IMG/VR virus record: IMGVR_UViG_3300028886_000036
Span: 1 to 64,000 of that record
Strand: one strand, 5' to 3'
Length of the DNA: 64,000 bases
From: a virus
Taxonomy: Duplodnaviria > Caudoviricetes
Part shown: one piece after another, positions 10,367 through 20,211 of the stretch
Numbering within the stretch: position 1 is the stretch's first letter
Layout of the letters: each line of letters starts with the position of its first letter
Translations under genes and position numbers: made by a program
The notes under the pieces: model-generated
Told to the model about the DNA's origin: nothing
Databases searched by the model: none
What the model saw: the letters and a program-made list of their open reading frames with translations, nothing else

Positions 10367-12995
10367 ATATAATAAGACTTATGTTAAGTATTTACTTAAA
10401 GAATCTAATCATAGAGAATTAACTAATAAAGAAAAAAAGTATTTAAAAGAAGTTGGTCTTGGAGGATTAGTTACATCAGCTTGGCCTTTGTGGGCTGGCG
10501 TAGCTGGATTAACCGCTAAACACTGGGTTCCTAATGTAGCAGATGCTCTTATAACACATGGCCCAGCTATGGCTAGTGGAGCAAAAACGTTAGGAAAGGG
10601 TATGTGGTGGTTAACTAAAAATGGTGTAAAAGGAAGTTTAGCTGCTGCAAAGATAGGATATGATTATGGTAAGCTCGGAGTTGATTCAATCAAGGATACC
10701 ATTAAAGACTCTAATAAGGTAGTTAGAGTTAAAAGTAAAGATGGAAAGAGGGTTAAACTAATTAGAAAAGGTGAAAGAAGAGGACCGTTTGGCGGCGTAA
10801 GATCTTCCTTTGAAAGAGACTACAGGGATTTTAAAAGAGGAGGAGGTTTACACGGTAAAAAAGTGAAAGAATGTATCAACTTATTATGCCAATTAAATGG
10901 TAAAAGTTTTAATGAGAATGTTAAAGTATTCTCTAAAATGTATTCCTCGTTTCTCAATAAATATAAGCAGTATATACAAGAATCAATTGTTAATGATATA
11001 GTTCCTATAGATCTGTTTAAGGAATGCTTATTACAAAAACTTGAAGAATCATATACTATACTTGATGAAAAACAAGAAAAGTTCTTATATGATATGCTTA
11101 CTAAGAACAAGTATGCCGAAGAGAATAGATTGTTTATAAAGAACTATTATAATAATGGTATGAGGTTTATGCTTAATGAAGGTATAGATCCTATTAACTT
11201 TAGAGCAGTAGTGCTATTAAATGAGATCAGCAAGTTTAAAAAAGCTGGGGTATATGGAAGAAGAGTTAAAAGATTCTTCACTGGTAAAAAGGGAAGATCG
11301 TATATAAATTACAGCAAACTTAATCCATCTAAGGCTAAGGATAGTAATAAATATACATTTGCTGGTAAAGAGTATAGTAAGCCTACTGAACCAGATTTAC
11401 AAAAAGCTAGAGCTTGGCGAAAAATTAAATCAGCTGCTACTCAGGGAGAAAAAGACAGTTTATTACAAAAATTTATGCGTGATTATAAGATAAATAATGA
11501 AAAGGAACTTGATAAGAAAATGGACGATTTAGATTCAAAGATTTCAACTACTAAAGATGTTGGAAAATTTAAGTGGAAATCGTTATTTCCTGTTAATAGA
11601 AAAAAACTTGAAAAAAACGCTCGTATAAGACAACTTAGAAAAGATAAAGGGAAAATGGAAGAGCTTAGAAGAAGATATATGATGGGTGATACAACACTTA
11701 CTGATGATGAGTTAGCTGCATTGCCTAAAGTATTTGGTAGAGGATCAAAATTAGGTAATTATTTATCTAGAAGAAGTAACTTAAGAGCCGATGATATACT
11801 TGCACAACAAACTACAGACTTGAGCAGAATGGCTCAATTAAATCAAGCTAGATCTACTGCAACTCCTTCAAATGGAGCTACTGGAATATCTCCTTGGATG
11901 AACCCAAACGCGTATGGTGGGGCTTTAGTAAGACAGTTTGGAACACCTGATCAACAACAAAGATATTTACCAACCGGTTCTGATAATAATAGACCTCGTA
12001 ATGGACGCAATGCCACCGCAACTGGAGCAACTGCATCTACAACTGGAACAGCTACACCTACAACTGGTACAAATACATCAACTCAACAATCAGCTACTCT
12101 TGATGTAAGTAGATTAAATCCAACTGAAGCACCTAAACCAGAAGCTGTAAATAATGATGTTTCAGCATTAGTAAAATTATACAAATTACAATTACTAAGT
12201 AGGCAAAAAAAATCTCATAGTGATAAATTTATAATGCTTAAACCAGAAGATCTAGCTAAAGGTATATTTAGTTTAGCTAAAAATAGGCCAGAGTATGAAC
12301 GTTTAAAAGACAGAATTTTAACTGGTAGTTTTGGAAAAAAGGGAACAGCAAATGACTTGTATGGTATGTTCAAGCAATTAAATATAAAGATTACTCCAGC
12401 TTATAGTTATAATGGTACATATTATTCTGATCCATCACAAATACCAGGTGGAGTAGATAGTTCAACAGATGCTAGGGGTAAAACTATTTATACGTCTAAA
12501 GCTAATGGGGAGAAAATAAACGTTAGTAGTGGATCTTTTATATATATGACTAAGATTAAAAAGGCTTTAACGAATCTTGAATCTGTTTCATCAGCATCTC
12601 AGTCATCTTCTACGCCAGTACAACAGTCAGCTCCTAAATCACCTACTCAACCAGCTTCTAAGTCGTCTGATTCATCAGGATCTTCACAAGCCTCTTCATC
12701 AAATACTTCATCAACTTCTAAATCGACCGATTCATCTGGATCTTCACAGGAACTTTCAGATACTACTCCGTCAAAAAATAACAAGGATAGAAAAAGAAGG
12801 AAAAAAAGGCCTAGAGACAATCCATATAATGAAAATAGAAAAGATACTGAAGAATCATATAATTACTTTATTTACAAATACTCTCCAGAAGTTCAATTAG
12901 CAGAATCTAGAGGTATATCTCCTAGAAACTTCTATCAATTGTACTTAATTGAAAGAGTTAAAGAAATGTATGGTATAAAGAATGAAAAGGTATAG
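10356..12995 (+). CDS. Large basic/low-complexity protein, putative internal head protein
   Basis: 879 aa; clusters of LKES/IQES/LNEG/LAES motifs; N-terminal hydrophobic Gly-rich segment; Thr- and Ser-rich linkers. Confidence 0.65.
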   Translation: MKNRYNKTYVKYLLKESNHRELTNKEKKYLKEVGLGGLVTSAWPLWAGVAGLTAKHWVPNVADALITHGPAMASGAKTLGKGMWWLTKNGVKGSLAAAKIGYDYGKLGVDSIKDTIKDSNKVVRVKSKDGKRVKLIRKGERRGPFGGVRSSFERDYRDFKRGGGLHGKKVKECINLLCQLNGKSFNENVKVFSKMYSSFLNKYKQYIQESIVNDIVPIDLFKECLLQKLEESYTILDEKQEKFLYDMLTKNKYAEENRLFIKNYYNNGMRFMLNEGIDPINFRAVVLLNEISKFKKAGVYGRRVKRFFTGKKGRSYINYSKLNPSKAKDSNKYTFAGKEYSKPTEPDLQKARAWRKIKSAATQGEKDSLLQKFMRDYKINNEKELDKKMDDLDSKISTTKDVGKFKWKSLFPVNRKKLEKNARIRQLRKDKGKMEELRRRYMMGDTTLTDDELAALPKVFGRGSKLGNYLSRRSNLRADDILAQQTTDLSRMAQLNQARSTATPSNGATGISPWMNPNAYGGALVRQFGTPDQQQRYLPTGSDNNRPRNGRNATATGATASTTGTATPTTGTNTSTQQSATLDVSRLNPTEAPKPEAVNNDVSALVKLYKLQLLSRQKKSHSDKFIMLKPEDLAKGIFSLAKNRPEYERLKDRILTGSFGKKGTANDLYGMFKQLNIKITPAYSYNGTYYSDPSQIPGGVDSSTDARGKTIYTSKANGEKINVSSGSFIYMTKIKKALTNLESVSSASQSSSTPVQQSAPKSPTQPASKSSDSSGSSQASSSNTSSTSKSTDSSGSSQELSDTTPSKNNKDRKRRKKRPRDNPYNENRKDTEESYNYFIYKYSPEVQLAESRGISPRNFYQLYLIERVKEMYGIKNEKV

Positions 12996-13555
12996 ACTTG
13001 TTGAAGTAGACACTTCATTAAATAGCATTGATAAACTTATAGAGACAGCCAAAGATGCGTTAAAAACTAAAGAAGGATATGAATGCAAAAAAAATAGCTA
13101 AATATAGTTTAAAAAATCCTAAAAAAGGTTTAAAACTAGCTATAAAGAAGGCATATCCTGAGGATAAAGATAGGCAAATGGATATGATAGAAAGTGTTAT
13201 GTATGCATTTGATGTTTTAAAAGATGAGTATAACTTAAATAGTATTGCAGCACTTTTTGTCTGTATAAAGTTTCTTTTAGCTATTGCATATGGTAAAATA
13301 CTATTGTATCCCAAACAAACAAAAAGGATTGTAGATCATTGGTGTAAAGTTGAAATAGATAGTTTTAGAGGAAATCATTCAAATTTTGGGGTTATTGTGG
13401 TAAATACTTTACTCATTAGTGTAATATTACATTTACCCTTTAGCGTATATAATCTTATAGTTGGAAAACATTATATTTGGTTGTTTGCTTTTCTAGCTGG
13501 GGTTTTATATAGAAGATTAACATATTCTTCAACAGTAAAATCATTATTAAAATAA
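12982..13555 (+). CDS. Membrane protein, apparently split by a frameshift in an A8 tract
   Basis: 39-aa ORF 12982-13101 (MKRYRLVE...) joins the 13079-13555 frame if one A is removed from A8 at 13087-13094. Confidence 0.55.
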
Positions 13556-13585
13556 TTAAAATAAGAAAGGAAGTATGTTTTAAAC

Positions 13586-14404
13586 ATGCAGGTTAAAGAT
13601 TTACCTACTATGAAGAAGTTTACATTTCCAGTATATGAGGTAGTTACTCCAGTTACTGGTAGGCATTTTTTAGTTAGAGCTATGACAGTAGCTCAAGAGT
13701 CACTTATTAGGGAAAGTAGTACTTCTGATTCAAAGAGATTACAGTTATTGTATCAGGTGTTATTTGATTGTATTGAGAATAAGGAACCGCCATTCACATC
13801 TATTGAAGGATTTCTTAAAAACTTAACAATTAATGATCTTGATGCACTTTTGTTTGGAGTTATTGTTTCTACATATGGAGAAACTCAGGACTATACAGTT
13901 AAGTGTCCTAGATGTGAAAATGAGATTAAGGGTAAGTTTGTTCTTCCAGAAATTATTGATATTACTGCGTATGATGGTAATGAGGATTTACTTCTTAAGG
14001 AAGTTGAAATTGAACTTCCTATTTCAAAGTATAAAGCAATACTTAAAGTGCCTACATTATATGATGAAAGAATGCTTAATATGAATAAGGGCATATCTAA
14101 AGATATTATTTCTAAAATGGGAGAGTATCTTATTGTTAAGAAACTTATTATTCCTGGAGTTGAAACTACCAAAACTGGTGAAACCATTGAAAAGGAATAT
14201 ATAGTTGATAAAGCTATTGAGATTTATACAACTTTTACTAATCTTCCAGCAGCTGACGCTAAGTTTGTTAGGAAGCAGTGGGATGAGCTTTTTGGTAAGT
14301 ATAGAATTAAGTTAGAAGTGCCTATGCATTGTTCTAATTGTGATAATGAGTTTAAGAATCCTATAAATCTTCTTCTGGAGTTCTTTCGCCTCGCCTGGCA
14401 GTAG
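13586..14404 (+). CDS. T4 gp26-like baseplate hub / tail assembly chaperone
   Basis: PVYEVVTP..VRAMTVAQE, LTINDLDALLF..STYG, CPRC and CSNC zinc motifs, C-terminal EFFR. Confidence 0.75.
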   Translation: MQVKDLPTMKKFTFPVYEVVTPVTGRHFLVRAMTVAQESLIRESSTSDSKRLQLLYQVLFDCIENKEPPFTSIEGFLKNLTINDLDALLFGVIVSTYGETQDYTVKCPRCENEIKGKFVLPEIIDITAYDGNEDLLLKEVEIELPISKYKAILKVPTLYDERMLNMNKGISKDIISKMGEYLIVKKLIIPGVETTKTGETIEKEYIVDKAIEIYTTFTNLPAADAKFVRKQWDELFGKYRIKLEVPMHCSNCDNEFKNPINLLLEFFRLAWQ

Positions 14405-14624
14405 AGAACAAGAACAAGCTAAAGAAGCTAGTTTAAATAGAAAAGCAACTTTTATGGAGTTATTCAAAGCAGATTATACTGTATTTGAATATATCCCAGT
14501 GAATGTTTTAAATGAGCTATTGGAATGGAAGTTTAAGTTAGAAGAGGAAAAGAAAAAGCAAATGGAAGAAAGCTTACATAGTAGTAAGATAGATACAGCT
14601 CAAAGAAAATATGTTAAAAAGTAA
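14385..14624 (+). CDS. +1-frame extension of the tail chaperone (gpGT/gp51-like C-terminal part)
   Basis: 79 open codons in the +1 frame from TTT_CGC; FMELFKADYTVFEYIPVNVLNELLEWKFKLEEEKKKQ; no SD for the internal ATG; terminator directly after. Confidence 0.6.
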   Translation, partial: FASPGSREQEQAKEASLNRKATFMELFKADYTVFEYIPVNVLNELLEWKFKLEEEKKKQMEESLHSSKIDTAQRKYVKK

Positions 14625-14628
14625 TGTA

Positions 14629-14670
14629 TCTGATAGAGGAAATGTAATAGTTTCTTCTATCAGATTTTTT
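14629..14670 (+). terminator. Intrinsic terminator
   Basis: TCTGATAGAGGAAA..TTTCTTCTATCAGA followed by TTTTTT. Confidence 0.8.
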
Positions 14671-14751
14671 AGAAATAAGGGAATATTGAAGATTATTTAA
14701 TGTTTCAATATGTTATTAAAGGAAAGTATACTTATTATGAGGTGTTTTAAA

Positions 14752-15636
14752 ATGTACATTTTAAGTGAATCTGAAAAGAAACAAACTTTTAAAATAGTTG
14801 AAGCTGTAAAAAGTATTATTAACTCTACAGATACTAAATCAGTTTATAAAAAATGCTTACTTAAAAAGAAGCAATTTGATAAGAGAGTTTCTAAAGCAAA
14901 AACTGCTCTTCAAAGTATGAATATAGATGTAAATCATCATATTAAAAAGGTTAAAGAAATGTGTGATGATTTTTCTATAATGGGTATAATTAAAACTGTT
15001 GGAATCTATTGGGAGAACGCTAAAAAGACAGAACTTAATCCAGAGATCAATCATAAGGCGTTTTTATTGTTTTTAATATGTGTAATCCCTGGTCTTTTTG
15101 GTGAATGGATATTATCGTTTGGATTAGGGAAAGAAACTTCAGATATTATAGGATCAGTTTTATTTGCTCCTCTATTTGAAGAGTTAGCAAAATATTTATC
15201 AGTAAAACAAGGAGTTCATCAAGAATTTTGGAAGTTATTTAATATGGTAGAGTTTTTTGCATATGTTGTAAAGCCATTTATATTTTTCATTGCATTTCCT
15301 TCTGTTACTACTACAGCTATTTTTGGCGTTAGCTTAATTGTTAGATTCATCTGTGTTATGATGCATACTATTAATACAATGATACATAAAAAAGAATTAG
15401 ATAACGGAAATACTAAGAGAGGTTTAGTTATTGGTATTCTTATACATATGTTTTGGAATGGGGTTTTATCAAATATTGTTGATGGAAAAAGTTTTTCTAG
15501 CTTAAAAGATTTTATAGTTGGTGAATTTGTATGGGCTGGATCTGCTCTTAGCTTTTTACTTTTAGTAGGAGCTATATATAAGAAAATAATTAATAAAGAA
15601 GATGAAGTCGGTGGAGTTGAACCAGCATATGCATAA
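14752..15636 (+). CDS. PrsW-like (CPBP superfamily) intramembrane protease
   Basis: APLFEELAK, FNMVEF, VMMH and IHMFWN motifs in TM helices; ATG 14752 after GAGGTG. Confidence 0.7.
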   Translation: MYILSESEKKQTFKIVEAVKSIINSTDTKSVYKKCLLKKKQFDKRVSKAKTALQSMNIDVNHHIKKVKEMCDDFSIMGIIKTVGIYWENAKKTELNPEINHKAFLLFLICVIPGLFGEWILSFGLGKETSDIIGSVLFAPLFEELAKYLSVKQGVHQEFWKLFNMVEFFAYVVKPFIFFIAFPSVTTTAIFGVSLIVRFICVMMHTINTMIHKKELDNGNTKRGLVIGILIHMFWNGVLSNIVDGKSFSSLKDFIVGEFVWAGSALSFLLLVGAIYKKIINKEDEVGGVEPAYA

Positions 15637-16282
15637 TGAAAACTATTTATTAGAGAGTAGTTTTTATATAAGTCTTCTTACCAATAGAACATTAAAGGAA
15701 AGTTATAGCAGTATATATAACAAATATCTTACAGAAGGTATACATCCTAGACTTGCTACAAAATTACTTTATGAAGAGGTTAAAAAGAATCAAGCTATTA
15801 TAGATAAACTTTACAGAAAACTTAAGTGGCGCTTACAAAATATGAAGTCTAAGAATGACCCAAAGCTTACTAAGATGGTTAAAGATATTGTGGATAAATC
15901 AGATGAATCTAGATTTGAAAAAGATTTAGTTAAACTTCTTCAATATATGATTACTATAGATGCTTTGAAGGAAAGTAAATACCAAGATACTTTAGATAAA
16001 GTTTTAGATGTCTATGATGGCTGTATTAATAAAGGTAAAACACACGAAGAATCTGCTTTAAGGGCTTTAATATCAATACCATTCGTTTTAAAGGGAACAC
16101 CTAGTGATACTAGTATTAAAGTGTTTAAAGTTTTAGGGCTTATAACAATATTAGTCTTACTTTGTGGTCTTATTAATGGAATATTGTTTGGAGGGTATAT
16201 GTTTATATTTCCTCTTATAGTTGCTATATTATCTCTAATAATTAGTGGAGGAAGATATTATTTAATAGTATCTTTTTATTAA
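15629..16282 (+). CDS. Membrane-anchored protein with multiple x-x-E motifs
   Basis: LLES/LKES/LTEG/LYEE in the N-terminus, two C-terminal TM helices. Confidence 0.6.
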   Translation: MHNENYLLESSFYISLLTNRTLKESYSSIYNKYLTEGIHPRLATKLLYEEVKKNQAIIDKLYRKLKWRLQNMKSKNDPKLTKMVKDIVDKSDESRFEKDLVKLLQYMITIDALKESKYQDTLDKVLDVYDGCINKGKTHEESALRALISIPFVLKGTPSDTSIKVFKVLGLITILVLLCGLINGILFGGYMFIFPLIVAILSLIISGGRYYLIVSFY

Positions 16283-17014
16283 ATGAAAACATATAAGCTA
16301 AAATTAAAAGAATGGTCCTGGTTGAATCCATTCAAATCTTCTTCTGAATTTGATTCGGGCGGACTGAATAGATTCCAATTCAGAAAGCAGTTCTTAGATC
16401 TATTAAGAAAATCAATTGCTCTTAGAATTAATCCTAAACCATACACTTCAACAAAAGAATTATATCAAGACTATTTAGAAACTTATAAAAAGATTACTTA
16501 TGATGAAGCTAAGGTACTTGCTCAAAGCATTAAAGATAATGATATCTTTTTATTAAAAGAACTAAGAAATCAAGAATGGTTTGAATTTATTATGCATATT
16601 GTAGTAAACTATGGTACAGGATATGCATTCAATTGTAGGTCATATGGGGCAGATTGGGGTGACGATGTTTTTGGTTATGGAGTAACTCCGAATAGAAAAG
16701 TTACTAGATTTTTAAATCAAGTAGAAAAAGTATATAACTCTGACCCAATGACTGTGAGTAATTATTTAGATCATAAATATGATTGGGTTGAATTAGTATT
16801 AGAGTATGTTCAAGTAATGAATCGCGATATTGTGGTGGTTCAATATTTCCCAGATGGAGACGGGGTTCATTATGCTTATGTAAGTAAACCTTATGCCCAA
16901 AAATATATTAATACTATCTTAGATTATGATGTAAATCATAACTTCAAACTAGATGTATTTAAACCAGAAAGACCTAGATTAAAGTTTTTTGTTCAGCGTG
17001 GTGTTAAGCTTTAG
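16283..17014 (+). CDS. Hypothetical protein with capsid-targeting-like leader MKTYKLKLKE
   Basis: 243 aa, abuts the upstream stop. Confidence 0.65.
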   Translation: MKTYKLKLKEWSWLNPFKSSSEFDSGGLNRFQFRKQFLDLLRKSIALRINPKPYTSTKELYQDYLETYKKITYDEAKVLAQSIKDNDIFLLKELRNQEWFEFIMHIVVNYGTGYAFNCRSYGADWGDDVFGYGVTPNRKVTRFLNQVEKVYNSDPMTVSNYLDHKYDWVELVLEYVQVMNRDIVVVQYFPDGDGVHYAYVSKPYAQKYINTILDYDVNHNFKLDVFKPERPRLKFFVQRGVKL

Positions 17015-17034
17015 CAATAAATGAGGTGATATTT

Positions 17035-17223
17035 TTGAAAGTAAAATTTATAAAGAAAGAACTTATGGAACAAAAGTTACTTAATGAATTATATGAAGAT
17101 AGTCTTGGTGAAGATACTTTTAAAACTCCTAAGGAAGCTATTAGATGGTGTAATCAAATGTTTGAAAAAACTAAAGATAGAAAGTATAAACAAATTAGTA
17201 ACTATCTTCATATCTATTTGTAA
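17035..17223 (+). CDS. Small hypothetical protein (TTG start, MKVKFIKKE...)
   Basis: GAGGTGA SD 5 nt before TTG 17035. Confidence 0.6.
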   Translation: MKVKFIKKELMEQKLLNELYEDSLGEDTFKTPKEAIRWCNQMFEKTKDRKYKQISNYLHIYL

Positions 17224-17238
17224 GGTGAGATGATATAA

Positions 17239-17619
17239 ATGGATGATATAAATTTTTTACATGATGGTATAGAAATAGTCATAAATGAATGCCCAAAGGG
17301 GTTTAAAAGAAAATATGTTAAAGTTATCTCAGCAGCAATAGTCATTAGTAAAAACATTTTTCATGACGTTGGGGCTGGAGTAAAAAATATATTTGGAGGA
17401 GAATTAAAGTCTTATTCAAATCTAGCAGAAGAAACATTTGAACAATGCTTAGAAAGATTAAGAAATAAGGCTAAAGCGGCTGGATATGATGGTGTATGCA
17501 ATATAAGAGCTTTTTCTCCATCAATAGCAGTTCAAGCATCTGAATTAGTTTTATATGGAATAGGATTTGTATACGTTCCAATGCATCCTAAAGCGCCAGA
17601 TAAAAAGCCTAAAATATAG
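17239..17619 (+). CDS. ybjQ: YbjQ/UPF0145 family protein
   Basis: NIFHDVGAGVKNIFGGELKSYS..RLR.KA...G.DGV.NIR..ELVLYG signature. Confidence 0.85.
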   Translation: MDDINFLHDGIEIVINECPKGFKRKYVKVISAAIVISKNIFHDVGAGVKNIFGGELKSYSNLAEETFEQCLERLRNKAKAAGYDGVCNIRAFSPSIAVQASELVLYGIGFVYVPMHPKAPDKKPKI

Positions 17620-17636
17620 AAGAAGGGGCGATTATT

Positions 17637-18830
17637 GTGGAAGAGGAATATATTGTTGAAAATGGTAAAGTATTAGAGGGCATGCTCAATAATTTCTTCA
17701 CTGAAGCTAAAATGAATAAAGGTAGTGGAAGTAGAGTTGCATTAAGGAATATGGTAATGCAATGTGTGAATGATTTAAAGTCCAATCCACAAGCTGCACA
17801 AAGATGTAATGCATCTATAGAAGGTAGAAGAAGAAACTTAGCTATTGGTGCTTTGAATAATGAAAAAGCAGCATCTCAAATATTGGGTGAGTATATTAAG
17901 AAATATGTTGAATCAGAATGCGTATCTGAAGGAGTTAGATTGGGCAAAGGTGGAAGAAAGAATCTTCAAAAGGAAATTAACAATGCTGTAGCTAAGTTAT
18001 TTAGAAATACTAATCTTAGAATAGACATGGTTAGAAAAGCTCAACAAGCTACTGGGACTGCTCCCACTAACTCAAAAGAAGATTATACTCCGGAAGAAAG
18101 ATCTAAGTACCTTAAAGAAGGTTATATTGAATGCGATAATATTTTTTATAAAGATGGATTGTATCTATCAGAAGGAGATTACCAAAGTAATGCAAAGAAA
18201 ACTGCTAAAGGAACTATATTAACTATACTAGTATTTATTATTAGCTTATTGCTAACTAATATGGTTAGAGCTTACTTTGGTGGAACTCCTGGAGGGGAAT
18301 TTGCTTCAGAAGCTATGAAGAATGGATTCACTTGGTTTACTTGTTTAATATTAGCTCCTATTATAGAAGAACCTGCTAAATTGATAAGTGTTAAGGGAGG
18401 ATATGGTAAGCATTTCTTTTTTGCATTTAACTTTTTAGAGTTTGGGTTATATGTTATGATGCTAGTATCTGGTGGAATGAGTGTAGGTGTAGCTATTCTT
18501 ATAAGAACTGTAGCAGTTATGATGCATGCTTTAACAATGAGAGTATTGGGTAGTACAAAGGGTAAAGGTATAGCTATGACTAGTTTTAAATTAGCTGTAA
18601 GTATTCTTATACACTTTATATTCAATGCTTTATTTTTAAAATATATGGTATTTGGTATAGCTGGTAATACAATATTATTATTTATAATAGGCTTCTTTGG
18701 AGTAGCATTTGGTCTTTTCTTGGTGTCTAAGATATTTAGTAGTAAGACTAAAAATGATAATGATTATAATGATTTTACTACTCAAAGCAACCTAGATTAT
18801 GGAATGAGAGGTGGGTATGGTTATGCCTAA
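17637..18830 (+). CDS. PrsW-like intramembrane protease with long soluble N-terminus
   Basis: APIIEEPAK, FNFLEF, VMMH and IHFIFN; paralogue of 14752-15636; N-terminal FTEA/VSEG/LKEG/LSEG motifs. Confidence 0.7.
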   Translation: MEEEYIVENGKVLEGMLNNFFTEAKMNKGSGSRVALRNMVMQCVNDLKSNPQAAQRCNASIEGRRRNLAIGALNNEKAASQILGEYIKKYVESECVSEGVRLGKGGRKNLQKEINNAVAKLFRNTNLRIDMVRKAQQATGTAPTNSKEDYTPEERSKYLKEGYIECDNIFYKDGLYLSEGDYQSNAKKTAKGTILTILVFIISLLLTNMVRAYFGGTPGGEFASEAMKNGFTWFTCLILAPIIEEPAKLISVKGGYGKHFFFAFNFLEFGLYVMMLVSGGMSVGVAILIRTVAVMMHALTMRVLGSTKGKGIAMTSFKLAVSILIHFIFNALFLKYMVFGIAGNTILLFIIGFFGVAFGLFLVSKIFSSKTKNDNDYNDFTTQSNLDYGMRGGYGYA

Positions 18831-19230
18831 AAAAACTTTGTTTGGGTGCCTTCCACAAAAAGGTGTAGATGGTGATTTTAAAATCTATACAGATTTAGAA
18901 GTAATAATGCAATCTATATATGTAATACTTAATACTCCAAAGGGGTCTAGGATTTGGCAACCTGAATTTGGATGTAATGTAATGTCATATATCTGGGATC
19001 TTTTAGATGAAAAAACTGTTGATACTATGAGAACTGAAATAGAGAATGCCTTAGCTAGATGGGAACCTAGGATTAATGTAAATAATGTAGATGTTTCTAT
19101 AAGTCCTTATACACAGGGAACTGTTAATGTAACTATAGAGTTTAGTTATGCTGGTAAAGATTATAGTAAGAATATGTCTTTATCGCAGACTAATATGAGC
19201 GATATATCGGTATATTCAATGCATTATTAA
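18823..19230 (+). CDS. Baseplate wedge protein, gp25/GPW family
   Basis: IMQSIYVILNTPKGSRIWQPEFGC..IENALARWEPRI. Confidence 0.9.
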   Translation: MPKKTLFGCLPQKGVDGDFKIYTDLEVIMQSIYVILNTPKGSRIWQPEFGCNVMSYIWDLLDEKTVDTMRTEIENALARWEPRINVNNVDVSISPYTQGTVNVTIEFSYAGKDYSKNMSLSQTNMSDISVYSMHY

Positions 19231-19261
19231 GATATGCCAAAAAAGAAAATTTTGAACAAAT

Positions 19262-19305
19262 AGAGAGGAGAAAGAATCCGTAATGGAAACTAACTCCTCT
19301 CTTTT
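19262..19305. terminator. Terminator between convergent genes
   Basis: AGAGAGGAG..CTCCTCTCT followed by TTT. Confidence 0.65.
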
Positions 19306-19313
19306 ATTAAAAC

Positions 19314-19847
19314 TTACATCTCTTTAATGTGCACATTATAGAATTTTATGTCTACTTTAGGTGTAACAAATTTTGTCCTAGCAGTAAGATATATAATGAA
19401 ATGTCTGATAAGGTTTGCGCTAGTAGTTAAATACATATCAATATGATCAACTACTGTTGACTCTGGAAGTTGATACTTTGTAATTGAATATTTGTACGTA
19501 TAATAAACTCTCCCTTTTTTAGATGTAGTTGAAGTGCGAATAGCTCTCCGGGATTTGTACTTATACGTCCAATTAAAGAAAACTGTGTTTTTAACTGGAT
19601 CTTTAAGATATTTGTCCCAGTAGTCTAAGAAAGTTCCTAAAGTAATACCAGGAGCTTCTTGACTTAAAGGGTATCCAGTTAGCCTATTTGTTTCTTTATT
19701 GTAATGAGCAAATAGGCAAACTTCGTCAGTTGGATCATAAGTGATATGCGCTTTGTCTAGTAATTTCTTTAAGACAAACCCTCTTTGTTCGGCGTCATAG
19801 CACTCGTCCATAATCTTAGCTGCAAACTTGTGCTCAAGGACTTTCAT
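19314..19847 (-). CDS. Hypothetical protein
   Basis: 177 aa, GGAGGA SD. Confidence 0.7.
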   Translation of the reverse strand: MKVLEHKFAAKIMDECYDAEQRGFVLKKLLDKAHITYDPTDEVCLFAHYNKETNRLTGYPLSQEAPGITLGTFLDYWDKYLKDPVKNTVFFNWTYKYKSRRAIRTSTTSKKGRVYYTYKYSITKYQLPESTVVDHIDMYLTTSANLIRHFIIYLTARTKFVTPKVDIKFYNVHIKEM

Positions 19848-20209
19848 GATTGACTTTCCTCCTCAGACTCAATCAGCTCAATACCTTTATCCAGAATTGT
19901 AACTTTTGCCGAGAACATATATCCAAGGGTATTGAGGGTAGTATCACTAATTTCGTGATCCTCTAGATCCTCAATGTTCATAGAGGCAAGAAGTTCTTGC
20001 TCTTTATTATCATAAAGTATATCCACAGTTGGAAAATTATACTTAATGATAAATGGATGACTATCTACAACTATTCTTTCAACTTTATTTCTTTGGAAGA
20101 ATATTCTAGTTGATGCGAATGAGAAATACACTGGGTTGTAATTTTCATCCTCATGGTCAACAGTAAACACAGCTACCGATACATGGATTTGTGGAACAAA
20201 ACAACGCAT
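19844..20209 (-). CDS. Hypothetical protein
   Basis: 121 aa, AAGGAG SD. Confidence 0.7.
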   Translation of the reverse strand: MRCFVPQIHVSVAVFTVDHEDENYNPVYFSFASTRIFFQRNKVERIVVDSHPFIIKYNFPTVDILYDNKEQELLASMNIEDLEDHEISDTTLNTLGYMFSAKVTILDKGIELIESEEESQS

Positions 20210-20211
20210 AA

